Shown here: positions 13,549 to 26,710 of the stretch, piece after piece
Layout: every line of letters begins with the position of its first letter
Numbering within the stretch: the first letter of the stretch is position 1
NCBI GenBank assembly: GCA_977030845.1
Contig: OZ365112.1
Span: forward strand, 11,098,001 to 11,162,000
DNA length: 64,000 bases
Direction: 5' to 3'
Source: Fimbriosthenelais zetlandica
Lineage: Eukaryota
Notes under the pieces: model-generated
The model's database searches: none
What the model saw: only the letters and a program-made list of their open reading frames with translations
What the model was told of the DNA's origin: nothing
Made by a program: the position numbers and the translations under genes

Positions 13549-16500
13549 TGGTCCACCAGGAAACAGTCCCCTGTCACTCTAACCGAGTCCTATGGTACAG
13601 GACTTCTTAATAGGTCGTAATAGATGATATAATAGATTATGAAACCGTTCCAGAATTCATCTTCTGGCATCATGCTCATTCAGCGCTTGGTCCTCATCAT
13701 GGTCAATACTAGACGGTCATATTCCCTGGGCATTTATCCTCGTATGTATGCAGGCACCATTTGCCTTTAGTGGCGAAATGGTTGATGATAGGCAAAACTA
13801 CCCATATATACTGATAAACCCTAGTTTATAACGGTCATAGAGTAATGGATAAAAGTGCTTAAGTACATTTATCTATCCCAGTATGTTTATCAGAAAGGCT
13901 CAAAATAGTATGGAGCGTCAATTGCAAGATCCGTGGGTCTTGGCCTAAACGTTGACAGAGACTTGGGCCTTACTTTCAAAGTAGCCTACATATGTTCATT
14001 TAACTGGCAAAACAAACTTTATTAATGCATTTGGAGTTCCATAAATATAATGTGTTCCTTGAGTTATTGAGAGGGGCATAAGCGAATGTTCGGTCGCCCA
14101 TAAGTCAGATGTCCATCTTAGATATGGATTTAGATATACATTCATTTATGACTACCACCCAATCAACTGCGAGACACCAGTCTTGTTTAATGTTAACCCT
14201 CCAGTAGCTGGAGCCTATTTATATGTAAATATATATGAACTTTCTAGACCCTGATATGTGGATGTGTCAGATTTGAAGTTCTAAAAAACAAGCAGTAAAT
14301 CATTTCAAAATCCCATTTATGCTGAAATAACCATGTGTATTATAACCATAGAACGTGTTATATGAACACTTTTTATATGCCATCCGTTGTTGGTTGACAT
14401 ATTCCCTCTCCACCTCTTTATATACTACGGCAACCTACATTGTGTAAATGTATACCATCAATAGTATTTTATGGGTCAATATGTGGGTTATCTGGCAGGA
14501 CAGGTGACAGATTGAGGCCTCTTCCCATATATGCTGTTTGTAGGTGTACATTTCTTTACTGGTAAAATCTATTCCCTCTGAGAAGACACAAATAACGCAC
14601 ATGATGTTTTGCCAACCTGCCAATTGATTTTTTAAGTGGAGGTAGTATAGGGAAAGTAGGGTTTTACCAAGGTCAAAAGGCCCATCACTGTAGGCATAAA
14701 GCCGAGTAGTATAGGGAAATGCGCAAAACGTGCAGGTGTCTGAATAACTGGTTATCTCATGCTCGGTACCATAAGTACTGGGAAATCCATGACACATTCA
14801 CAAGGAGTGGGAGTTTGCCATCCGCCCTCATTATGTACTAGGACCCCAGGCAGACGTCTGTGAATTTTCTTACATTAATTTTATCGATTAGATAGTCTTT
14901 TAGTGCCTCATCGAGTGGGAAGTTTTGCATATTGATAAGCAGATGTTGGTTGGGTTATAATAGTGCATAGTCAATAAGATATTGCTGTAAGTGGGTAGGT
15001 GGATTGCAATAAACGTGAAAGAAACCTTCAATAATTTACGCCTTTAACTATGGGTGTCACGCATAATCTCACGAGAATTATGTCGCCTTAGGGGAAGGTC
15101 ATGGACTGTGACACTCTGTCATAAACTGATTAAACTAATCTTATTAAAAATCTGTCTGAGACAAGATAGTCCGGTCACTCTTTTTATAGTATAGATCTTC
15201 CATTTTCAGCTATTAAATCCTGCCAAGTACTGCCAATCATTGAGAGCTGGGGAGGGGAGCTCTGACCTTCAGCTAACTATACAGCCACTAGTGTCAATAA
15301 AGGATGAACTACTTATTATTCAACTCCTCTTTTTAGCTCGCCAAAAAAAGGTGAGCACCGTCTGCTATAGATCACGTGAAATATTAGAACAGACCTATCC
15401 CCTGGGGGCTTGACTCGAAAGAAAAGGTGGGGAAATGATAGCAGTTCAGGGAAATGTGAATAAAATGAGATATCATGAGAAAATGTCGGTCGTGTTCTTT
15501 GATATAGGCCTACATTATGATACTCGATATATCTCGTGTCAAAGATGCACATTGGGATTGTTACATGATACATGATTATGATACATTCCTAATACATTCT
15601 TGTCAGATCCTGCTAGCTATTTACTTGAAAAACTGGATACGCTAGTGTTTGTGGCAACATACAACATTCTTCCTTCTGAAACGCGCCCCAGATGATGCAA
15701 ATGTTATTATCAGTGAGGTCCAGGTTTTTGACACAAGCAGAGTCACAGTACGTAGCATTTGTTTAAAGATTAGATGACGCTTAAAACGATCAACTGGTAA
15801 CCTTTCGTCACCAGAAACTAACCCGGATGAGCACTCTCTTGAATGGAGCTGGCATTTAAATCAGAGACGGGGATTACTGCTTCTAAAGTTTGCTAACTAT
15901 GGTGACGGCTTAAAATGAACTAACACAAAGTACTGACACTGATGGTTACAAAAATAGGACGCTTCCTGACCACAAGAGATTGTAATTAACCACAAATGTG
16001 TGAAAAAGATCTTGAGTTAATACTGTTTTTAGGAGGTGAGACTGTAAGAACTGACTCCACAAAATGGGCATATTGGGTGATAGACTTGGGCAGTTTTTAT
16101 CATCCAGTTTTGTTGCCTAGATCTTCCTATAGTACTAACTGTATAGAAACTCATTGCATCGGTATATAAAGATGTCCCTTGCCTACAGTACATTTGGCAG
16201 GTTTATTGTTCATCCTTTTGTGTTAGCTGAGAATAAGGTGTCCATAGTGAGTGTTCTAACTACTTTATACCACAGCCAGGCGCCTTATTGCTCACAGTGC
16301 CCCAGTCATAAAGTCTTCACTGTGTTTGCCTCATTGAAGGAGGGGAAGATATGAAGACAGCCAGGACTATTACAGGTCAGAACAAAGGTCAATACATTCA
16401 GGTTATCACAAAATGACTGCCAACAAACCTACCAGCATCTCTTAATTCCCACCGAGACTGAAAGACTGGATGTGAATGCGCAATGCTGGAGACATAAAGA

Positions 16501-17899
16501 AACCAGTGATATTCCCACATAAAATGCTGGCTGGTGCAGCTGGCATGATATCCATGCACTTTATTACATATGGGTGATAATAAAAGTAGATATCCAATAT
16601 TCCACCTGTAGGAACTAACAGGGCCGGGTGACTCTTGTAATGAGTCTTTATTCCTATTCTTTACAAGGGTGTACTTCTTTACAAATATGCATGAGGCATT
16701 ACCACCACTGCAATTTATGGCAAGTTCCCAAGTGCAGTCACGCTAGCATGCCAATCACAGTGGTAAATTATGGTCAATTTTCTCGTGCATTTCTTATAAG
16801 AATAAGGCCGAGCCTATTCGTGGAGCACATGTTGATTTCCATGTTTGCGGGATGGTCAGATGTCTGATCAATATTCCCACGTCTCTGTTCTCGCATAAAT
16901 GACTTTGCCCTCCTTGGTCAGAGATCAATTTGAGAAAGAAAACAAAGTTTTTATTATGGACTTGTTTGAATTTTGGCATGCCATTGAAATGGCTGCTTCT
17001 TTCTGCACATTGTTTTTCATCCACATACCATAATACGAACCTACATGTATATATACTACTTTCTTTGGTTCCATTTATTCGATCTGACTTCCTATAAGGA
17101 AAATTATGCATAGAAGGAAATTGAAAGCCAATATCCTCTATCGGGTTTGAGTATTAATACTAGCGAGAAGTCTTCGGGATCTCATATTGAGCAGATGAGA
17201 ACTAGGTCAGTTCAACATTCTGATGATTTTTCTTATACCACCAGGGGATTGTTTCAAAAATGAAAAAATTATAATAGTTTCATCCGAAACTAACATTGTC
17301 CTTTGAAACCCATCGCTTGAGCAGAAAGCTCCCAGGTACTGTTTCATGGACGATATCACAAGAAAATGCTCTCGGAGCTCTACTGATTTTTCTGTGATTT
17401 GAAATAGATTTTAATTTTGAGACTTGCCCTTCTCATCTTTGGTGTCAGTCGAACACAGCCGCTGGCAGATTTGCTCCACCAGAGAAGGCAGATCAAACAG
17501 GATCTCCTCCCTCCTGCTCCTCCTGCTGAGCTGCTCTCAGCTTCTGCCCTTGATGTGAGCAATATTTACCCTGTTTGTTCACCCGTCCACACTTCCTGGC
17601 CAGGCTGGGGTCAGGCGGTGTGGTCTTACTGAGTGTTCAACCCAGGTATTGATCTGTGACTGAGACTTGGATGTGAGAGATGAATACCCCCGCCACCTCG
17701 TGCTCACCGGGGTTAGAGACACGCGTCCACTCATATATCTGGAGGTCTTATAGACCCGCATAATCCCCTGTCTACAAATTGGAGAGCCAGATTTACCCAA
17801 ATCCTCCACACTTGGAAATCGTCCTCAAATAAATCATCGTATTACAGCGCTGAATGTCTGCATGGAAGTTGTATTGGTTATATTTTCACTGGTCTTATA

Positions 17900-18512
17900 G
17901 TGGTTCTTGTACTTGTTCCCCCTTTTTTTCTTTGAACCCCTCTTGGAATAATTTTTTTGAACCCTTGAACATTGTACTTACTAACTCAAATGACAGTGAT
18001 TTTCAACTGACAGGTATTAAATATTGCACACTTTTGCAAGCTACCTATACAGTGCAAGTTAATATTTGCGCTTGTACTTTACAGATCTGCCCTAATGTAT
18101 GTGCTTTCAAGAAGGCTCTACAATATTTGTCAATCATGTGCACGGGCGTGGCTCTAAAATCCTTGAATATACAATGACTCGAGTGAAGAATCATTAACAT
18201 ATGAGATTTGCTCTGAAGATCTGTCAATGTACAAATTGATTTTCCTGATAAAAATATTACCCTTCAAATTGCTAAAAACTACATACAAAATGTGATACAG
18301 ACTATGAACCCAAGAGAGGCCAATTTAAAACCAAACACATATGTAAGCGTTGAAAGAAGCTTCAGTTTGTAAAAGTGGGGTGGGGGTGCTTACAGCCATC
18401 TTGTACTTTTCTCTTCTTCGTTTTCCCTTTTTACTTTTCTTTGAACCCCTGTTGAACAATGACTTTGAACCCTTGTTGGAATAATTACTTTGAACCCTTG
18501 TTGGAATAATTT
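17900..18512 (+). repeat. Two clusters of CTTTGAACCC(C/T)TGTTGGAATAAT-type direct repeats (about 17900-17970 and 18400-18512)
   Basis: CTTGTACTT...CTTTGAACCCCT occurs twice about 510 bp apart; the second cluster has about three tandem ~25-bp units. Confidence 0.7.
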
Positions 18513-21500
18513 AATCAAAGCAATCGACTGAGCTTGTCACTGCCAAACGTTGTTATCTTTTATCGGGGCATCTTCCAGCTGCTAACCCTGGTTTTAAATT
18601 AATTCCCGTAATTGGATGATCCCAAGTCAGATTTAAATTGGATAGCAAACTGCTATTGAAAACGCTGGCTCAGAAAATGAAACTTAAACCAGTTTAAAGC
18701 AACTATTCATTCATTTTTAAGCTAGTTGATTAAAACACTGTCATCTGGGGCCAATGCAGCTACATTGACATACAAGGCAATGCTAAAACTATGGACTAGT
18801 AGCAGATATTTCTCCTCTAAAAAGTTTTAGTTCTCTTTCTTATGGTCTACCTATGATGTTTACTTATCATCAGTTTATTCAGAGATGTTTTCATGCTCCA
18901 ATAATATTCTTTTCTATTGATCATCTTTCTTTCTACTGGCAAGATCTGTGGCTCTCTTTAAAAATGTATACATAATGCATTATACACTGGTTACAACTTT
19001 TGTCCTGACTAAGGCCTTGACCCAAATATTTCTGTTTACTGTTGTGACTATTACTATAAGGCTCGTAGAAATTCTGTTTTGCCTCTTGGTATAGAAATAG
19101 ATGAGTTTATTTCAAAGCATAAGCATCTGTCTTGATCCCAAGTGTATCTAAATGAACTAGTTCTTTTTAATCTAATTTCCATAGATTAATTTAGATCGCG
19201 GCTAAAAAGACACTTCTGAGAGAAAAGTCATGAGAGGAAAGTCCTCAAGGCGTCACGTAGAATCTGTTTTTTAATGAATCACTGGCTTGTGTGGTATACC
19301 AGCTAGAGCCTATAGCCGTGCCACATGTGTATGGTAACCTCGGGAATTGATCTGGAGCTCTGAGACAGAATCCAGCCCAGCATATCTATGTTTAATACCC
19401 AGATGACAGGGCCCCAGGGTGTTTATAAATAATGACACCTCCCACAATAGAGAGCCGTTGAAGGCTAATGAAGATTTGATTAAGTCCTGGCAGAGATGAT
19501 GATAGTAATGAGAAAGATGAACATAAAACGTACCCAGATCTCATGAATAAGTGAGCTCAATTACACTTTATACGAGTTATATAGTTAAACCTAGAGAGGA
19601 TATGACCGCAATTGGTTTCTTTATTCGCTCCTACTTTACTCTCTAAAGGAGAAAATGAGTATTCATGAAATTTATTGTGTTATTTATTAGAGTTTGTGAT
19701 TGGCCTGTACTTAGCAGATGGATATATATGTAGGCCTACATGTATCAATTTTATTGAGCCACGACTACGAGTTACACGCTTGACCTACGTTGAATTGACT
19801 TTATAAAAATAAGAGATTTTTATTTGTACCAGAACCTGTTGCATTATTTGTTTACTTCGCAATACACCAGTGCACTGATACAAGGGGTATCATATTATTG
19901 GTCTGTTATAAGCTTCCTCATGTTCTTCAGAGTGTTCATATATTGAAGGATATTCCTGCTGAGCCATTTGTTAATATCTATGTCAATAATGACAAGGTTC
20001 GTCCATTAATGAGTCTTATTTTACGAGTCTGCCTGGTGCAATTGGCTGGAGCAAACGATTCATGAGAGAAAAAACATGGAATCAGTGCTTGTTACCTGGC
20101 AATGATAGCTGAGAATGGCATGTTTCAACCCCTCCCACTCCATAACTCACATTAACTGGCATAGACACACAGTTCACCTATTTCTTATCATGGCTTGTCG
20201 CCAAGTATAACCCATAGAAATTCAAGTGGTAAGTAATACAATTGGATATTCACGAATCCACAATGTATTACAATCCTTTCAAATTTGCTTCAGAACAACA
20301 TAAATAGGCCCAACCCAGACTCTGAATCCCAAATCATACATTTTATTCATTGGCCGCACTGTAGGCTGTTTACCATATTTGTTATTGGATACGGTGGCCG
20401 ATTGAACAATCGCTGTAGTACATCCCTGCCTTATTCCATCCAGTACTAAAATTATGACACATGGAGTGACAGTTTTTTCGTACCGCCTTGCCTGTCAAAG
20501 AAAAACCTACCTTCAGCTCCCCAATCCCTGTCAATTATGTATAAGAAGCTTTCTTCTCTACCATCAAGTCCCAGTCCAAATATTGGCCTGCTGATGGCCC
20601 TCATGGGGATACGACTTGGGGTCTGTTTCATAAAAAATAACCCACCTATGAGCTGGGCATTCTTAAATAAGTCATCCAGCTATCATGCACTCTGGTCAAT
20701 TTCAAGGTACACTCTCATCACATGGAAAGGAATTCTTAGCTTTCCAAAAACAAAAAACATTTTTTTTCTGGAACACCCCCTCAGTGAAGAGCTTAACCGC
20801 AAGTAGCATACAAGAGCAGGCTGCACTGAGAGCAGCTTGTTGCAGCAGAACCCTTCATGCGCAGGCGCGGAATTGAGGTTTGAGGGCTCTCTCAGATCTG
20901 AGGGAGCCAAGTGTGAAGTATTACATGAATGACATTGTATAGATGTCCCTCACTGAGGGTGGAGCCCAAGTCTGTAATCAGTATTATGACGAAAGATGTA
21001 CTCATCACTTTGATGCAGCATTTTGGTGACAAATTATTGGTTTGTATATACAACACTGATGATTATGGACGTTGGGATACTATTACATTGCTACAAGTGT
21101 TGCAGTTCAATGTCCATTCAGGCACATTGGAACCCTGTAATTGTCCTGTAATTGCCTTGATCATATAGTATCTATGATCATTTGTTTGGCCGATCGGACT
21201 GAATCATTTTGTGTGAAAAATAACCTATTGATTTGTCATGGAATTCATGCTATGAAAACTAAGCCATGAAAAAGAAACTTCCGAGTAGTTGTGGCACTTC
21301 TTAATTCAAGTACGCAGAAAATATAAATTATGCTGCCTTGGGGTGTGATAATTTATTGTTGGAACATGTTATATATAACCTAATGGTCAGACACGTCCCT
21401 TTAGGCTATACTTGGCCTTGATGGTCACTACAGGTATTATGCATCATTTACAAGCTGAAGCTTAATTAAAATTTAGTGATAAATTACCATAATAGAGAAA

Positions 21501-23439
21501 ATGCTTCTCCGATTATAAACCAGTGAATTTTTCTTCAGGACATGGTCACTATTCCATTAAATTTTCTTTAAAACAGTTTTTTCGTTAGAAGACAGTTTGT
21601 TTCGGGAACTATCATACAACAGTGCATTATATTTTGTATGCAACACTAACTGGAATGTCGGGGTGTCAGAGACAGGTCGGCCAGGCGCTGGCAGCATATA
21701 ATACATGTATTTGCATCCCTATCCATGGGCCGTACTCTGTATTTGACTTGGAGTAGGGAGCTGAGCAATGAAAGCCTTGTCCCTGGGGTCATTCTCTATG
21801 GTGAGTGAATAAATGGTCAAGTTTGGATCACAGATGTTCCCCTCTTGTACCCTCTGTACTGTCTGGCCAATGATATCCAGATAATACACATGTACCGGTG
21901 TAGTAGATATGGTCTTTCTATATAATGAACAATGGCAGTATATTCACTTGTCATCGGCTCGCTGTATATTATATTTGCCATTCTGTTCCTATCATCCAGT
22001 CTATTGTGCTGACTGTTCTATACAATGCAAATCTATACATCTATGTACACTGAGATTTCAATAATCTGTTGATACCTCCTCTCTCAATTATGATATCGTC
22101 TATAGCGTAGATAATTATTTCCTCTGCATTCTTGCTCATCGGAGCAAGTAGATAAATTTGTTAACTTAGGTTAAAAATTATGAATAGAGTTATTCAGCTT
22201 ATTCATGTTTAAATATTTTGGCTACTTGATGCTGGCCAGTGTATCTAAGTTGGCGCATGTCTTTTGATGCTGTTGTCGTTTGTTGGCAAGTAGACGTAAG
22301 CCTAATGTCATTCCTCCGTAATCAGCGTGTATGTGTGGCTAGCTAATTGCCCTCTGCCTCAGACACTTGGCAAGAAGCTCTTCACTAATAATGAGTCTCC
22401 AGACCCATCTATGTGAGGGGCGCCTAGAAAAGATGGCCTCTGACAGAGGAGATACAGCACAAATCCACTCACAGATATGTGTCATGCTTCCCATAGCTAG
22501 CAGGCTCACTGACATGGACAATAGTATAGAGGACCAGTCAGCCAGGGGTTTCCCCTCAAGACTTTGCTTCATGTCTCTTATAGTTGATTGAACACAAAGA
22601 TCTGATATGACTTCCTTTTAGATTTTATCGGGACACATGCCTATTCGATAGAAAGCATTATTGAAAGTTTCTTGAAGCAAATTGGAGGGATTCAGGAAAG
22701 GGAAAGGTAATATTGAAATAAAATGGAACTCTTTTGTGAAATAGATCAAATAGATGGAAGGTTTTTCAATTTTAGGGTAGAATGAATATATAGGTGTAAC
22801 ACTGGAAGGACAGAACAGAAGAACTTAACCAAAAAAACAGGAACGGTTTGTCGTTCACTTTGATACAAGGACACTATAGACGTAGCCTTGGTTTCATTAG
22901 TACATTCTGCTCATGCAATGCAAAGCCGACCATAGTCTTTGGTTAAAGCCCTGCTTAATACCTTAATGTAAAAGGTTGGGATTAAAGATAAATTATAAAA
23001 AAACACCATACATGCAGGAGTGAGAACTGCATTTAGTTGCTCAAAAATCAAGGCAATTCTATCTTACTTCATTATGCAAATGCTAATAAGCACTGCAATC
23101 CAACCATAGCTTGGCGGAAATATAACGGAGTAGAACGGGTGTGCAAGCTTTTCTTACCATTGAAATGAATGTCCCATTCCCCATAAAATTACACCCCAGA
23201 TGACATTTCTTCATCCTATCCTACCTTAATTGCCTGTAATATTAATGTAGGCAGTATACATATTCCACATATTAGAGAGGTTTTAAGCAATAACACATCG
23301 AAGTTGAACTACAGTTAGAACCAGCTGTATCTGTTATATGGTCCTCTAGGCTTTACTCATAAATAATATATACATTGCAGGGATTTGCCTTCATTTTTAA
23401 AAGGAGAACCCTATCATATTTTCAGTAAATTCGCCACCC

Positions 23440-25146
23440 TTATGAACACCAATTTATATCCTCTATACACTTGAATCGAAGCCATAGCATGAGCACTTGA
23501 CTCTCACGAGAAAGCTTCTCGAAGAGCGGCTCTTCTTCTGGTGTCCAATTCTCAGCAGCTGCCTGATTTACAAATGGGGGTGGCATAGCTCTTGTCCATC
23601 GGTTCCTTTTCATACGCTTTTGCTCCAAGACCATCAGCCTTAGAAACGTCCTATCCTTCCAATAGAGACATGATCCGCATGCTAAGCATACCCAACTCTC
23701 GCAGTCTTCACTACATATCCGTGTTGCACAAGATCCACTCTTGATTAATATCTCCTGGTCTTTGACGAGTTTAGTCAAAGGCTTCTGAGATCTTATGCTT
23801 GACATTTTATTGAGACCAGTGAACTCTATTATGTCCTCAAAGAATTGGTGCGTTGCTTTCTGATCTGTCAGATTGCGAGGTCCGAAAAATATTCTCCACA
23901 CCTTCCTGAATCGGTTCATCTCTTGTATCCATGGGTTCAGTCCTTCATCCACCATAAAGTCCATTCTGTATATCTCAAAACGGTTGTTCATGGGTATCTT
24001 AACTAAATCCTTTCCAAGTAGAGGAATTGTGTCATTCACTATCAATGGTTCCTTAGCCATAGCTGACTCGGTTACCGCCCGAATCATATTCACTGCTAGC
24101 TTTTCAGGATCATAACCTTTAGATGACAAATACCTGAAGAGAACTTGTTTTTCTGTTGATTCAGGGTTCTCTTCGAACATCTCGCTAAATCCTTCCTTCA
24201 TTCTGAGTGGAATAAAATTTGGTGGTTCTATGTAGCTGAATGTATTGGAAGAGTTGAAGGGTAGATATTTGTCATGGAAGCATTTGATGGGCCATTCCAC
24301 ATTGTAAACGTACATGGTGAGTGGCCATGATCTTGTTATTAACATCTGTAAACCAACATCAAATTTATAACCTTCAACTAACAACGGGTTCATCAAGAAC
24401 TCTGTCACTAGTTTATCGACTGGTGGTTTTTCGACCAACTCTGCTGTAGTTTTCAACTTCAGGCCTTTATGTGTCTGACTTTTAACCACCCATAAATGAT
24501 CCGACTTGTTCCTACCTTCCAAACTCATATACTTGTTGAAGACTTTTTCTTGGGATGGAAGCATGAATGTAGGTTTGATGAATGAAACGGGTCCATTTGA
24601 CACTAAGTTAGATTTAACATGTAAGTGCTCTAGTCCAGGTAGTGATAGGACCCGTTGATGTGGCTCTATCACAGGCTTCAGCTTCGGCATGCAGATGTCA
24701 TATTCCTTGTCACTATGCATCCAAAACACATCCCATTCTGCTGGTTCCTCCATTGAAAAAACAACACTAAATCCATAATTTCTGAAAGCGTCTATGAGAG
24801 GGAGATACTTTGAACATATCGCTGCTATTGTAGATGGGGGTTCTTTTGTTGAACCTGGCAAACACATCCAGAAAATTGGCACTGAAGCTGTTAACCATCC
24901 GTCCCTTTGGGTATAATCATCTTTTACTCCATTAATACAGGCTCTAATGATAGGAGTTATATTGACTGCTACCGATAGTGATGTTTTAAGTTTCTCAGCT
25001 GCTTTTAGTTGTGTTGCCTCTAGCGTGTCTAAAGAGGTGGACCTGTGGTCAACTGCGATATTCCTTGTGGATGACCAAAAAAAGATGAGCATGATCATAG
25101 CCGTGCCTGCTACAATCAGCATCCGACCCTTTCTGAACCTAATCAT
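23440..25146 (-). CDS. Tubulin-tyrosine-ligase (TTL/TTLL) family ATP-grasp protein, ttll-15-like, with N-terminal type II signal anchor; CDS in a single exon (568 aa)
   Basis: The 594-codon open frame is far beyond chance. The track start at 25224 is TTG and the first ATG is at 25146 (MIRFRKGR-MLIVAGTAMIMLIFFW). TTL motifs in order: WDVFW, HQRVLSLPG, WVVKS, EFLMNPLLVEGYKFDVG, FEIYRMDFMVDEGLNPWIQEMN (canonical [22 protein letters not shown]). A C-terminal Cys cluster CATRICSEDCESWVCLACGSC and KFD-x-G in place of KFD-x-R resemble the ttll-15-like group as I recall it. Confidence 0.9.
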   Translation of the reverse strand: MIRFRKGRMLIVAGTAMIMLIFFWSSTRNIAVDHRSTSLDTLEATQLKAAEKLKTSLSVAVNITPIIRACINGVKDDYTQRDGWLTASVPIFWMCLPGSTKEPPSTIAAICSKYLPLIDAFRNYGFSVVFSMEEPAEWDVFWMHSDKEYDICMPKLKPVIEPHQRVLSLPGLEHLHVKSNLVSNGPVSFIKPTFMLPSQEKVFNKYMSLEGRNKSDHLWVVKSQTHKGLKLKTTAELVEKPPVDKLVTEFLMNPLLVEGYKFDVGLQMLITRSWPLTMYVYNVEWPIKCFHDKYLPFNSSNTFSYIEPPNFIPLRMKEGFSEMFEENPESTEKQVLFRYLSSKGYDPEKLAVNMIRAVTESAMAKEPLIVNDTIPLLGKDLVKIPMNNRFEIYRMDFMVDEGLNPWIQEMNRFRKVWRIFFGPRNLTDQKATHQFFEDIIEFTGLNKMSSIRSQKPLTKLVKDQEILIKSGSCATRICSEDCESWVCLACGSCLYWKDRTFLRLMVLEQKRMKRNRWTRAMPPPFVNQAAAENWTPEEEPLFEKLSRESQVLMLWLRFKCIEDINWCS

Positions 25147-25154
25147 GTTCAATC

Positions 25155-25170
25155 CTGAAAAAATCGTCAA
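25155..25170 (-). other. Splice acceptor (ttttttcag|GATTGAACATG) 8 nt upstream of the TTL-like ATG; the exon starts at 25154
   Basis: Polypyrimidine tract plus CAG on the minus strand directly before the start codon. This implies an unidentified upstream 5' exon; the junction is in frame as phase 1, so a coding extension is possible. Confidence 0.65.
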
Positions 25171-25984
25171 TATACAAACAGTTGAGTCGCAGAAGTAGTT
25201 GCAAATCGTGATCTGTCTAACCAACTGTGCAACGAGGCATAATTATGGACAGTCAAATGAAAGCACTTCTTCATGATCCCCCCAAAAATGTCAAGCTTCT
25301 TTGACATGACATTATAAAAAAAATGTCACGTATAAAATCTGATCCTCCTTTAAACCTGCTGGGTCAGGTCTCTCTTTGAGATTTTGTGTCACTTCTCTGG
25401 GCGTACAATAAACGCACTGGCAATGTTTTTTTATGAGATTGATGGGGTCTTATTCACAACTTTTGAACCACAACTATGAATTGTGATTTAGAGAGTAACT
25501 TGTTATTTGAGAGTAACTTGTTATTTGAGCAAGGAACCCGGGAGTACCAAAAATACGGACAACCTTTCTGTCAAATAGTGGTTGTTGGTAGGCTACCACT
25601 GAGTGGTGAAGCAACCTTTTGTATGGACAACCTATTGAGCTATGTTTTCATTTTCCTTTCCATAATAGTGTACCGACCTGGCCCTGAAACGTCCAATGTC
25701 TATGTATCACATATTATGTTGCCATGGTCACGGTCTACCCCGTATGGTTCACAGTGTAAGACTAAGTTACACACTTTTAATTGATCATTAAATAGGCCTA
25801 TATGATATCCATATGTATCAAACAGTAGAAAACTGCTGGTTGAAACCAGGTTTATTGAAAATTAACAGTATTGCACTCTCTGATATCTAAAACAATACAG
25901 GCGTGTCCAAACTTTTAGTCTACATTGCTTAGTTCGTCTGAATGAATGATTAGATTTGGATAGTGAAATGATTATAAATAAGTT

Positions 25985-26710
25985 ATTGAAAATAGGCTGG
26001 ATCCTTGTAGGGATGGGACCAGGCTCAGATATATTTGCTTAGGATACTTTATTTAAAAACAAATTTGAATTCGTTATAGAAGAATTAACAGATATTTCTG
26101 GTAAAAGATGTTATAGGTACCACAATTTTGTGGCTATTGTACCATGTAAAATAAATAGGTTGGGTATAGAGAACAGAGCAACAGAAGCAGTGGTATAGGA
26201 AGGTATTGTAAACTTGGATGCATGTGTCCTGTAGGGGAAAACTTGTCCTCCCTGCTCAGACTACGGTTTCTCTTGTACATGACAGTGAGTGTGAGGTATT
26301 TGTCTTTTGGACAGAAGGGGACGGAGTTTTGCGTGTTGTCTTATGGAGTGTGAGGTTAATTTAATTCAGGTGTTTTTTTCTGGCGGGTTTTGGTGAATGT
26401 CATGACCTTCATTTTCTTTATATTGATTGTCAGCTTGTTTTATTGTTGACAGGGATTCAAGGGCATGTTGCAGTTTTTGTTGTAGTGCATTTGGGCAGCA
26501 TTGGGAGAGGTAGAGAACAGTATCGTGTTCGTAGACTTGGATTGGGACTTCAACCGGTAAGGTAATTGACATAGATGAGGATGAGTAGGGGGCCAAGAAT
26601 GGCACCTTGAGGGACCCCATGCAGTTAGCAGAGGGAAGCTGCCTGAAAGGTGGTTATTGCATCTCACGCTTTGATTTCTATCAGGGAGGTAGCTGCAGAA
26701 CCAGCTACCG
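25985..26710 (-). mobile_element. 5'-truncated, frameshifted non-LTR retrotransposon (CR1/L2/Crack-like) ORF2 RT remnant
   Basis: Piecing minus-strand frames gives WFCSYLPDRNQSVRCNN / GVPQGAILGPLLILIYVN / IQVYEHDTVLYLS (decayed YADD) / LQQKLQHALESL / NKLTINIKKMKVMTF / LRPLLSK / RTHASKFTIP...KLW...ILSKYI* (stop 26025-26027). This is the standard order of LINE RT and C-terminal motifs. Confidence 0.9.

Noticed and set aside
23873-25198. Plus-strand ORFs 23873-24115 and 24947-25198
   Set aside because: They are antisense shadows of the TTL-like CDS.
25147-25224. N-terminal 26-aa extension of the TTL-like ORF in the track
   Set aside because: It starts at TTG and runs through a clear splice acceptor, so it is probably intronic.
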